Below are positions 1-7,633 of a stretch of DNA of 64,000 nt, piece after piece. The notes under the pieces were generated by a model, which was not told the origin of the DNA, did no database searches, and worked only from the letters and a program-made list of their open reading frames with translations. The number at the start of each line of letters is the position of its first letter. Position 1 is the first letter of the stretch. The stretch lies in IMG/VR virus record IMGVR_UViG_3300025759_000076, positions 1 through 64,000 of that record; one strand, written 5' to 3'. The DNA is from a virus. A program made the translations under genes and the position numbers.

Positions 1-901
1 CTTTCTTACCGTCCATCTCATACCGTCCGGCAACATTCTTCCATAGTCCACCAAGCTCTCCTAACTCAAGTAGACCATAGTACCGATCAAGACCCCTATG
101 ATCATAAAATAAACGAATAGTGACATCTTTATTCTCCTTGCTTAAACGCGACTTAGCAGTCTTTGCCTTGATAAGGTTTCCAACGATTTCCGTTCCATCC
201 TTCTCTTTCTTCTTACTAAGATAAATGATAGTACTAGCGGCATACTTGAGACCACTACCACCACCCATTTCTTTTGTAGGAACGTAAGAACCAATAACAT
301 CGTAGGTATGATTGGTAACAATCATTGGAATGTTTGCTTGACCAAGTTTCAATGTTAACATCCTAAATGCACCTTTGACAAGTTGAGATTTAGTCATGTC
401 TCGAACTTGCTTATCATTCAGTGCGTCAGTAATCTCTTTCTCTGTGGATAACATACCCAAAGAGTCTAACACGAACATACAAGGTTTACGTTCGTCTTCT
501 GGTGTTTTTAAATATATATCAACAGCCTGTAGTGCCTTCTGTCTAAACTGTTCAATTGTTACGACATTCACAACAACCAGTCTGGTTAAGTCAATCCCAC
601 GACTTGAAAGAAGAGATTTGTTAACTGCTGCCTCAGTGTCAAAGTACAAACAGTAACCGTCAGGATTACTATCCATAAAATTCTTAACCACAGCGAGACT
701 AAAGAAAGTCTTCCCAGTAGAAGACTCACCAGCAATGGCAGTAATCTTATTCCCAGAAACACCACCAAATATGCTACCTGAGACCAGTGAATTAAGAACG
801 TAAGAACCCGTGTCCACATAGGTTTCAGTTTCGTCGATGTCTGAGGCAAGTTGTGTGTACTCATCGCCAATCTCTTTTACAATATCGCGTAAGAAGTCCA
901 T
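1..901 (-). CDS. uvsX: RecA-like recombinase UvsX (runs off the left edge; missing from ORF track)
   Basis: Manual translation from ATG at 901: MDFLRDIVKEIGDEYTQLASDIDETETYVDTGSYVLNSLVSGSIFGGVSGNKITAIAGESSTGKT (Walker A); TGATG overlap with the gp43 stop. Confidence 0.95.
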   Translation of the reverse strand, partial: MDFLRDIVKEIGDEYTQLASDIDETETYVDTGSYVLNSLVSGSIFGGVSGNKITAIAGESSTGKTFFSLAVVKNFMDSNPDGYCLYFDTEAAVNKSLLSSRGIDLTRLVVVNVVTIEQFRQKALQAVDIYLKTPEDERKPCMFVLDSLGMLSTEKEITDALNDKQVRDMTKSQLVKGAFRMLTLKLGQANIPMIVTNHTYDVIGSYVPTKEMGGGSGLKYAASTIIYLSKKKEKDGTEIVGNLIKAKTAKSRLSKENKDVTIRLFYDHRGLDRYYGLLELGELGGLWKNVAGRYEMDGKK

Positions 902-3402
902 CAGGCAAAAAATGAATCAAGGTTTACAGTTTTCTCAACATGCCATCCAATCGCATCAAGAATAGTCTTGAGTGGCTCTAAGAAGGCTTTGCTGAATTGT
1001 AGGTCATAGTCAATGTATTTGTCAAGACCAATCTCACTAGGGAAATCTGAAATGAACGAGATTACATTCTCTCTAATAATATTTGGTGTCTTGAGATAGA
1101 TAAATTTAATCTTTTCACCATTGTTGATATAAGAATACTTGTTGGTCAATCCACACTCTTTAATGTAATGATTATATAGAAGTGCTCCACGAACATGAAT
1201 GGGAGAACCCTTACCGTAGATAGTTGAATGACTCTTATGTTTCTTTACATCAGATACTGAACGAGGGAATGCAATGTCTTCTGGTCGCATCTTATTAAAC
1301 TTTTTTCGAGAGTCTTCGATAAAGTTAATTACTTCATCTTCAGTCCCATTCATCATCAACTTAAGAGCATCCTTAATCATCTTCCTACATGGTGCAGGTG
1401 TTGATGACTTGACTGCCTCAATACCCATAATCTTCAGTTTAGGTTCTGAGTATCTTACACCTTCACTATCCCACACGTTGAGAATGTATCTCTTCTTTGC
1501 TGTCCATATTCCACGGTCTGCAATGTTCTCCCGTTTCATCTGCATCTTCTGGTCATATGCATTTACATACGTCGCAAGTTCCTGGTAAGACTCCTCAATA
1601 AAAGGTTCCAACTTCTCTTCGCAGATCTTATTAAGTATGGACACAACCTCAACCTTATTATCAGACTTACTAGAAAGAAATTTATCAACAATAGGTCCAA
1701 AGTTAATATAGATTGAGTCAGTGTCAGATGCAATGACATAATCCGTGTCTTGAGTTTGTAATAGGTTATTTAGATACCCGTTTACCTTGTTCTCAATCCA
1801 CCGAATAGATGTTTGTCCTGAAAGCGTGATAGCTTCTGCATTAGCAAGTTTGAAGAAACGGAAGTATTGATTACCAATTGCACCATAGCAAGAGTTCAAT
1901 GCAATCTTACGAGCCATCTGGAAGTTATTGAATTTGGCAATATCCTTCTCTAATTGTTTGGTAGGTTTCTTCTCATACTCCTGTTGGGCTTGGAGCATTT
2001 TCTTCTTATAAATCTTACGTTCTGCATACATCTTCTCCATCAACTCAGGCATGAACCCTCTGATGTCCTTACGGAACATTGCACCGTTTGCACACACTGC
2101 GTAGTCCTTATACATCTCAAAGGTAATCTCTTTATTCAAGATCCTATCAATGGTTGCAGAGGGATGTTTCTCCTCCACCAGGGTCTCTGGTGAGATGTTG
2201 TACTGCATCATCAGGTGAGGGTACAGGGAGTTCAAGTCAAACGACACCACCCAGTCATAGACACCAGGAATAGGTTGTTTTACATATGCACCTTCGTACC
2301 TCTTCTCCTTCTCACTTCTATCTCTAGGAGGTACAACAATATCTCTCTTCTTGAGATAATTATAGATGATGGTATCCCACATACGAACTTGGAACATCAC
2401 ATCAACATAGTTCACCTTGGCATCATATGCCATGGTCAATGCCAACTCAATCAGTTTCATCTTGTCTTCCATACGGTCAACAAGTTCCACGTCAACGATG
2501 TTATAGTCTACAAACTTCTTCCAGTTACCACGATAGAAGTCTTTGAAGGTATCAAACTCAGAGTGGTCAAGTTTCTTCTGACCAAGTTCTACCTCTGCAA
2601 TGTAGTCAAGTCTATAAGATTCCTGAGCCTTATAAGTAAACTTCTTATAAAGTTCAAGGTAATCTAGAGTAGTGACTCCAGCAATATCAAATGTATTGAA
2701 CTCTCTACCGTTGATAAAGACAGATTCTTGACTCACAATACCCCAAGGAGACAAAAGTTTTAACTTCTTGAGTCCCATTATACGATCGATTCTTCCACAC
2801 AAGTATGGAATATCATACAGTTTTACATTCCATCCAGTCACAATCTCTGGTGGGTTTCGATTCCACCAGGCAATGAATGAGTTGAGCATGTCAATCTCAT
2901 TTTCATAGTGGTAATAAGTTACGTTACTTTGGGATGGAGTATATCTATGTCTACCCCAGGTTGTAATCTGTTTGGTTGTGTAGTCCTGAACAGAGATAGT
3001 CAACATCTCTTCAGAACAAGAGTCTGGATCAGGGAATCCATTCTCTGCCTGAACCTCAATATCAATCGTAATCAGATTGATCTTTGTAATGTCAAATTTA
3101 ATCTCATCTTCGGGATACTTTTCTGAGATATATTGAAATGCATATCTATCATTACCATAAATCTTGAAGTTATCTACACCATCATACTTCTTGTAGAACT
3201 CTCTACAGTCACGAATAGAACCTGGAATAATAGGTTCTAAATTTTCTCCCTCCAGTGTTTTATACTTTGACTCTCGGTTGGAGTTAACAAAGAGAGTTGG
3301 TTGGAACTCATCTTTGAACATAACCCTCTTACCATTTTCATAACCACGGACGAGAACATTGTCTCCAACCAATTGAATGTTCGTATAAAACTTTAACGAC
3401 AT
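901..3402 (-). CDS. gp43: Family B DNA polymerase
   Basis: Exo DIEV, SFDLNSLYP, KIALNSCYG and ASDTDS motifs; 833 aa. Confidence 0.98.
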   Translation of the reverse strand: MSLKFYTNIQLVGDNVLVRGYENGKRVMFKDEFQPTLFVNSNRESKYKTLEGENLEPIIPGSIRDCREFYKKYDGVDNFKIYGNDRYAFQYISEKYPEDEIKFDITKINLITIDIEVQAENGFPDPDSCSEEMLTISVQDYTTKQITTWGRHRYTPSQSNVTYYHYENEIDMLNSFIAWWNRNPPEIVTGWNVKLYDIPYLCGRIDRIMGLKKLKLLSPWGIVSQESVFINGREFNTFDIAGVTTLDYLELYKKFTYKAQESYRLDYIAEVELGQKKLDHSEFDTFKDFYRGNWKKFVDYNIVDVELVDRMEDKMKLIELALTMAYDAKVNYVDVMFQVRMWDTIIYNYLKKRDIVVPPRDRSEKEKRYEGAYVKQPIPGVYDWVVSFDLNSLYPHLMMQYNISPETLVEEKHPSATIDRILNKEITFEMYKDYAVCANGAMFRKDIRGFMPELMEKMYAERKIYKKKMLQAQQEYEKKPTKQLEKDIAKFNNFQMARKIALNSCYGAIGNQYFRFFKLANAEAITLSGQTSIRWIENKVNGYLNNLLQTQDTDYVIASDTDSIYINFGPIVDKFLSSKSDNKVEVVSILNKICEEKLEPFIEESYQELATYVNAYDQKMQMKRENIADRGIWTAKKRYILNVWDSEGVRYSEPKLKIMGIEAVKSSTPAPCRKMIKDALKLMMNGTEDEVINFIEDSRKKFNKMRPEDIAFPRSVSDVKKHKSHSTIYGKGSPIHVRGALLYNHYIKECGLTNKYSYINNGEKIKFIYLKTPNIIRENVISFISDFPSEIGLDKYIDYDLQFSKAFLEPLKTILDAIGWHVEKTVNLDSFFA

Positions 3403-3426
3403 AAATAAAATAACAGATTAAATAAT

Positions 3427-3453
3427 ATGGGATACATCTACCTGATTGAAAAT
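3427..3453 (+). pseudogene. Stub resembling the N-terminus of a GIY-YIG homing endonuclease (MGYIYLIEN)
   Basis: ATG GGA TAC ATC TAC CTG ATT GAA AAT preceded by late-promoter-like ATAAATA (3401-3407); the frame then runs into the antisense of the next gene and stops at 3513. Confidence 0.5.
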
Positions 3454-3454
3454 C

Positions 3455-3727
3455 CTAGCAACCCTTCACCAGGCTCTCGTATTTGTCTCTCAGTTTACTA
3501 TTGGGTTCCGTAATCGTCAAGATTTTGTCCGAGTGAATCATAAAGACGTTTTCAGTTGTGACGTTGATTAACCAAGGTTGTAATGTCATGGTCAAGTCAT
3601 CACTTAAAATAAATGGTTCCGTCATTTTACAGTCAGGTTCACCAATTTCACAGGTTACTTCTTCAATCTGTGCTAATAGAACCTGTTGATTCATCAGAAC
3701 TAACACTTTGAGATTCTCTAGTTTCAT
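3455..3727 (-). CDS. Sm-like fold hypothetical protein
   Basis: beta-rich pattern with LQPW and ILTITEP..L..KY shared with neighbouring paralogues. Confidence 0.7.
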   Translation of the reverse strand: MKLENLKVLVLMNQQVLLAQIEEVTCEIGEPDCKMTEPFILSDDLTMTLQPWLINVTTENVFMIHSDKILTITEPNSKLRDKYESLVKGC

Positions 3728-4022
3728 ACTGGTCTACTCCATCTTGGTACATTGTTTTTAGTTGATTCACTGGTTCAGTAATTGTAACTACCCAGTCAGA
3801 AACCACAGGAATTACTTTGTCGGAACTTAGTGGCATCCATGGTTGAAGTTGAATTTTAGATGGAACTTTAGTATTACCTTCTGTCTGACTCATATCAGCA
3901 ACAAGTTTTACCCTACAAGGATACTTAAGATAGTAACCAACTACCTTTTCCTCAAGAACCATTTCCTGAATGTCTGCGACTACATCTTCCCCAGACTTCA
4001 GAAGTAAAAGTTTTACGGTCAT
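3663..4022 (-). CDS. Sm-like fold hypothetical protein
   Basis: VKLLLLKSGEDVVA...LQPWMPLSSDKVIPV..DWVVTITEP pattern typical of cyanophage Sm-like proteins. Confidence 0.75.
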   Translation of the reverse strand: MTVKLLLLKSGEDVVADIQEMVLEEKVVGYYLKYPCRVKLVADMSQTEGNTKVPSKIQLQPWMPLSSDKVIPVVSDWVVTITEPVNQLKTMYQDGVDQYETRESQSVSSDESTGSISTD

Positions 4023-4045
4023 TTTTTTACAATTTTCCTAAATTA

Positions 4046-4074
4046 ATTATACCAATAAAAAAGAGGGGTGTCAA
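4046..4074 (-). promoter_or_regulatory. Perfect sigma70-type promoter overlapping the hsp20 terminator
   Basis: TTGACA (4074-4069) - 17 nt - TATAAT (4051-4046) on minus strand. Confidence 0.85.
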
Positions 4075-4098
4075 CTGCTAGTGGACAGTTACCCCTCT
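4057..4098 (-). terminator. Rho-independent terminator downstream of hsp20
   Basis: AGAGGGGT-AACTG..CAGTT-gac-ACCCCTCT stem followed by a T run. Confidence 0.8.
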
Positions 4099-4128
4099 GC
4101 GACGACGATATTTACAAGGTAGCCCTCT
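4057..4128 (-). ncRNA. Candidate ~70-nt late small RNA downstream of hsp20
   Basis: CTAAATA late-promoter-like site (4137-4131), then non-coding ...AUAUCGUCGUCGC, then terminator; no ORF. Confidence 0.35.
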
Positions 4129-4133
4129 ATTAT

Positions 4134-4562
4134 TTAGAGATACTCTTTACGCTGATGATGTTCTGGTACAACCTTTGTAAGGGTCACTGATAAAAGTCCG
4201 TCTTCAAATACGACGTTGGAGACTTCGGTGTCTTCAGCGAGGGTCCAGGATCGCTCAAAGTTTCTTCGAGCCAAACCCTTGTGGATAAACGTCCCTGTCT
4301 CGTCAGATGGTTCCTTTTCCCCCCTGATAAAAAGTTTTCCATACTCGGTGTAAGCATTTACTTCTTCCCTTTTAAATCCTGCTAGTGCAATTTCTAGACG
4401 TGTTTCAGTACTATTTACCTGAACTACGTTATATGGAGGATAGTTTTGAGTAGATGCGTTGAAAATTCTAGTAATGTAATCATCCATACCAATAGAATTT
4501 CTGGTAATCTGATGCATTAACTGATCCAAATCCGCAGCATTATACTTCGTTAGATTGGTCAT
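4134..4562 (-). CDS. hsp20: Small heat shock protein Hsp20 (start revised to 4562)
   Basis: NYPPYN, LEIALAGF, HKGLARRNF, FEDGLL alpha-crystallin motifs; GGAG RBS before ATG 4562. Confidence 0.95.
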   Translation of the reverse strand: MTNLTKYNAADLDQLMHQITRNSIGMDDYITRIFNASTQNYPPYNVVQVNSTETRLEIALAGFKREEVNAYTEYGKLFIRGEKEPSDETGTFIHKGLARRNFERSWTLAEDTEVSNVVFEDGLLSVTLTKVVPEHHQRKEYL

Positions 4563-4618
4563 TTTGAGCTCCTTGTTAAAGCGAGTTTGTGTTGTGTGGA
4601 CCCTTACGGCATCCGATA

Positions 4619-4626
4619 TATTTATA
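4619..4626 (-). promoter_or_regulatory. T4-type late promoter for hsp20
   Basis: TATAAATA. Confidence 0.8.
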
Positions 4627-4633
4627 ACGAAAC

Positions 4634-4666
4634 AAAAAAAGTAGATACGGTATATACCGTATCTAC
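4634..4666 (-). terminator. Terminator downstream of regA
   Basis: Perfect 26-bp palindrome GTAGATACGGTATATACCGTATCTAC (4641-4666) followed by T7 on minus strand. Confidence 0.85.
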
Positions 4667-4715
4667 CTATAAGGGTTTCCGACTTTTGTAGAGACCGCAC
4701 GAAAGGAGTCTCACA
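4634..4715 (-). ncRNA. Candidate structured small RNA between regA and hsp20
   Basis: ATAAATA at the regA stop, hairpin GAGAC-TCCTTTCGTGCG-GTCTC, linker ACAAAAGTCGGAAACCC, then terminator. Confidence 0.55.
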
Positions 4716-4720
4716 CTTAT

Positions 4721-5158
4721 TTATTCAGACTCTTCAGTCTTACCTCTTTTACCAATGTTATATTTTTGTTCTAGAATCCATTCTTGTTTGTCCTTATAAG
4801 ACAGAACTTTAATCTGATTCAGTGGTGCAATATCAAGAATTGAATCTTCTTTGACTATCGTAATGAGTCCCCAATCAGCAAGAAGCTTAGTAATACGATT
4901 CCTACGCTGAACATCGTTAATAGTAAGATTAGCGTGCTTTCCGTCTAATGCAAAAAGTTCTTTAAAACTTACAAGATAATATCTACCTTGCTTATGAAGA
5001 ATATGGCAAGATTGATATAATTTTTTCTCCTTTCTTGATGCGACTCCGATACGAGTTAAAGTTTCACGAACCTTTAAAAAATCATCAGGTTCATTCAACA
5101 AAACTTCAATCATCATATCTGGAGACCATTTCACAATTGGTTCATTTACACCTGACAT
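4721..5158 (-). CDS. regA: Translational repressor RegA (start probably 5158)
   Basis: PDDFLKVRETLTRIGVASR, LYQSCHILHKQGRYY, FKELFALDGK. Confidence 0.97.
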   Translation of the reverse strand: MSGVNEPIVKWSPDMMIEVLLNEPDDFLKVRETLTRIGVASRKEKKLYQSCHILHKQGRYYLVSFKELFALDGKHANLTINDVQRRNRITKLLADWGLITIVKEDSILDIAPLNQIKVLSYKDKQEWILEQKYNIGKRGKTEESE

Positions 5159-5759
5159 AATTTTCCTCAAAATTATTTACATATCTTTTATTTAGGTTTT
5201 TAGACCATTCAAGCATTTGGAGATTATCTATAGAAGAACAAACTTCTTCAGATATATTATTATCATAACAAAATCTTACTGATAATTTATGATCTATTTG
5301 ATAACCACCTTCAACTCCACATAATGTTCTTGGATAATTATTTGGATTAATTATGTTTTGATATTTAACATAAGTTTTTTCAGTCAATCTTCTTACTTTA
5401 TTACAATATTTTTTATAGTGTGTAGTATTGTTTTGTCTACCTAAATTATAATAATTCAAAAGTCTACAAACATTACTCACAGAACATTTTAATAAATTTG
5501 CGATTTGTTTATTTGTTTTTTTAGAATTAATTAGATTAAGCAATTCTTCTTTTGTAACGGAATCAATTACTTTCCTATTATTTCCACCGCCTTGTGGTCT
5601 TTTTTGTATTTCTAGAGCATCAAACCATTTTCTAACTCTAGTTTTGGTGGTTTGATAAACTTCGGCAATTTCTTGTAGTGTATGAGTTTCATATAACTCT
5701 ACTAGGTCTTGTTTTAATGGAAGTTTCCCATATTTTATTTTTTGCCGATTTAGTTTCAT
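5142..5759 (-). mobile_element. Free-standing HNH-type homing endonuclease with N-terminal HTH-like repeats
   Basis: TLQEIAEVYQTTKTRVRKWF and TNKQIANLLKCSVSNVCRLL HTH-like segments; C-terminal YQIDHK...DNLQMLEWSKNLNK; strongly AT-rich; sits between gp62 and regA. Confidence 0.7.
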
Positions 5760-5760
5760 A

Positions 5761-5804
5761 TTTAAAATAGTTCCTTATATTATTTATAAAAAAACTATTT
5801 TAAA
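5761..5804 (-). promoter_or_regulatory. RBS-sequestering hairpin with late promoter in the loop
   Basis: TTTAAAATAGTT/AACTATTTTAAA 12-bp inverted repeat enclosing TATAAATA (5788-5781) and the AAGGAA RBS. Confidence 0.8.
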
Positions 5805-5807
5805 GAA

Positions 5808-6194
5808 TCATTTTTTTCCACCAGTGTCAAGTCGTTGTTTGATAAATTCAATTTGTTCATTAGATAGTATTTTCAGTACCTGAGATGCTTTCTCATTACT
5901 ATAACCATAGTATTGTTTAACAAACTCTAAATCTGATACCTTTTCCTTTCTAAGCCAAGGAGAGAATCTCTTCCTCTTTCTCAATATATTTAGATAAAAA
6001 TTATATTGCATATCTTTATCTAGGAAATGATACTTATTCATTTCATTAGCAAACAAGACACAATCCAAGTGACCTGACAAACATTTGTTAATAATAAAGG
6101 GGGGATATTCTTTAACAAGAGTTGAATCTTCTTCGATAAGATTCTCTTTGGTAAAGTTGATTGAGTTCAACCAATCCTTCAATTCAGTAGTCAT
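5808..6194 (-). CDS. gp62: Clamp loader small subunit
   Basis: LKDWLNSIN..K, YPPFIINKCLS, KRKRFSPW, YYGYSNEKA. Confidence 0.95.
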   Translation of the reverse strand: MTTELKDWLNSINFTKENLIEEDSTLVKEYPPFIINKCLSGHLDCVLFANEMNKYHFLDKDMQYNFYLNILRKRKRFSPWLRKEKVSDLEFVKQYYGYSNEKASQVLKILSNEQIEFIKQRLDTGGKK

Positions 6195-6197
6195 ATA

Positions 6198-6485
6198 TCA
6201 GAGAATCAATTTTGAACTTGGTTTTGCGATTGGAGAGAACATCTCTTCATATTTTTCAACGAGTTCATCATTTACATTAGCAATATAGACAATCCACTTC
6301 TTACTAATTTCTAGTTCTTTCTCGGTTCGTTTTAGAAGAGGAGCATAAGGTGCGAAACCAAGTTGCCCATCACCTTGATTGAATGCAACAATCGCATTCA
6401 TAACAATAAGACTTTCATCCTTATCTTCAAGGACCTCTGCAACTACATCTTCCCCAGAAGACATACGAAATACTTTAACGTTCAT
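6198..6485 (-). CDS. Sm-like protein (start revised to 6485)
   Basis: MNVKVFRMSSGEDVVAE...LGFAPYAP...IVYIA. Confidence 0.75.
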   Translation of the reverse strand: MNVKVFRMSSGEDVVAEVLEDKDESLIVMNAIVAFNQGDGQLGFAPYAPLLKRTEKELEISKKWIVYIANVNDELVEKYEEMFSPIAKPSSKLIL

Positions 6486-6597
6486 AATTTTGTTCAATAT
6501 TTGTGTTGTGATAATACAAGTTGATGACCATACCACCCATAACTAACCAGTAGACCATAAGCATGGTCATACCAATTCTACTTGGAATACTTGTCAT
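6475..6597 (-). CDS. 40-aa putative single-TM protein (not in ORF track)
   Basis: MTSIPSRIGMTMLMVYWLVMGGMVINLYYHNTNIEQNYER; ATGA-type coupling at its start, overlaps the next gene. Confidence 0.6.
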   Translation of the reverse strand: MTSIPSRIGMTMLMVYWLVMGGMVINLYYHNTNIEQNYER

Positions 6598-7107
6598 TTG
6601 AATTCACACTCCAGTAAAAATTCCAACTATCGTTCCTTTAGGAGGACCATTTTTGGGTTTATTTAACCTTGTGAATCCATCCTCCTTCACTTTCTTGTAT
6701 TCTCTAATCGGACCTTCATTTTTAGTTTTTAGAGAAGGTTTTAATCTAACAGGACCTCTATTACTACTTTTCCAATTTAATTGACCCCTTACAGGACCTG
6801 GTTTGAGTTTAGTAACCTTTTGTTCATACTCAAAATCAATCTCTTCACATTTTACATATTCTAAGAAATTGTAACTTAAAAGATTGTCTGGTGGAATTTC
6901 ATCCAAAACAGTGACATATTGATGATGAACATCGACTCTTAATTTACTATTAATTTCTCTGAGAGAACGATTGAGACTTGCTGCCCTTGAACCTATATTC
7001 GGAGAATCTTCTTTCCACACAGAGTCTCTAAAGTAGTATCTTATCTTTTTCATTTAAACTCACACTCGTAATGTGGTATAATAATAAATAGTTTTGAATT
7101 TACACTC
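6594..7107 (-). repeat. Three short direct repeats encoding ECEFK*/ECKFK (6594-6611, 7050-7067, 7093-7107)
   Basis: GAGTGTGAATTCAAATGA, GAGTGTGAGTTTAAATGA, GAGTGTAAATTCAAA. Confidence 0.8.
6604..7053 (-). CDS. Hypothetical protein with basic GP-repeat C-terminal tail; inserted element
   Basis: KPGPVRG/NRGPVR/NEGPIR/KNGPPKG repeats; flanked by 18-bp imperfect direct repeats. Confidence 0.65.
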   Translation of the reverse strand: MKKIRYYFRDSVWKEDSPNIGSRAASLNRSLREINSKLRVDVHHQYVTVLDEIPPDNLLSYNFLEYVKCEEIDFEYEQKVTKLKPGPVRGQLNWKSSNRGPVRLKPSLKTKNEGPIREYKKVKEDGFTRLNKPKNGPPKGTIVGIFTGV

Positions 7108-7111
7108 GTAA

Positions 7112-7633
7112 ATGAATTACTCAAGTATCTATCAGTCTATCGTAGATAAGTATGGTTGTCAATCAACTGGTCTTGTTGAGCGACATCATATATTGCCCAG
7201 AAGCATGGGAGGTACTGATAGTAGTGACAATATAGTTGGAGTGTCGCCACGGGTCCATTACATTTTACATCTGTTATTGTATAAAATGACCGAAGGTAAT
7301 GATAAAAGGAAGATGTGGTATGCTGTCTGGAATATGTCCCATCAGGGCAAAACCAAATCTGGTTCTATGTATCAGTTCATAAGAGAACAGGCATCAGAAA
7401 GACAAAGAGAGATGCGAGGTAACAGAGTTCCCTGGAATAAAGGTAAAAAACACTCATCCGAAACTATTGAGAAACTCAGAAATACCCGGAAGGGGAAAAT
7501 GTATGGAAAGTTTTGGAGAGTTGAGTATAAAGGAACAATATACAATTCAATCAAAGAATGTATAAATCTAACCGGAGACAGTTACTATTTAATAACTACC
7601 TATGGTAAGAAGTTAGAAAAATACAGACCCTAA
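7112..7633 (+). mobile_element. HNH homing endonuclease with NUMOD3 DNA-binding motif (Mob-like), antisense to the operon
   Basis: ERHHILPRSMGGTDSSDNIV..SPRVHYILHLLL; PWNKGKKHSSETIEKL; upstream TGGTATAAT and AATAAATA. Confidence 0.9.

Noticed and set aside
396-870. ORFs 396-656 (+) and 586-870 (-)
   Set aside because: Shadow frames of uvsX, which occupies 1-901 on the minus strand
4563-4700. N-terminal extension of Hsp20 in the ORF track
   Set aside because: It spans a terminator and a late promoter; the RBS supports ATG 4562
6594-7107. ECEFK repeats as a CRISPR-like or att array
   Set aside because: Only three imperfect copies with irregular spacing; two differ only synonymously, pointing to a coding origin
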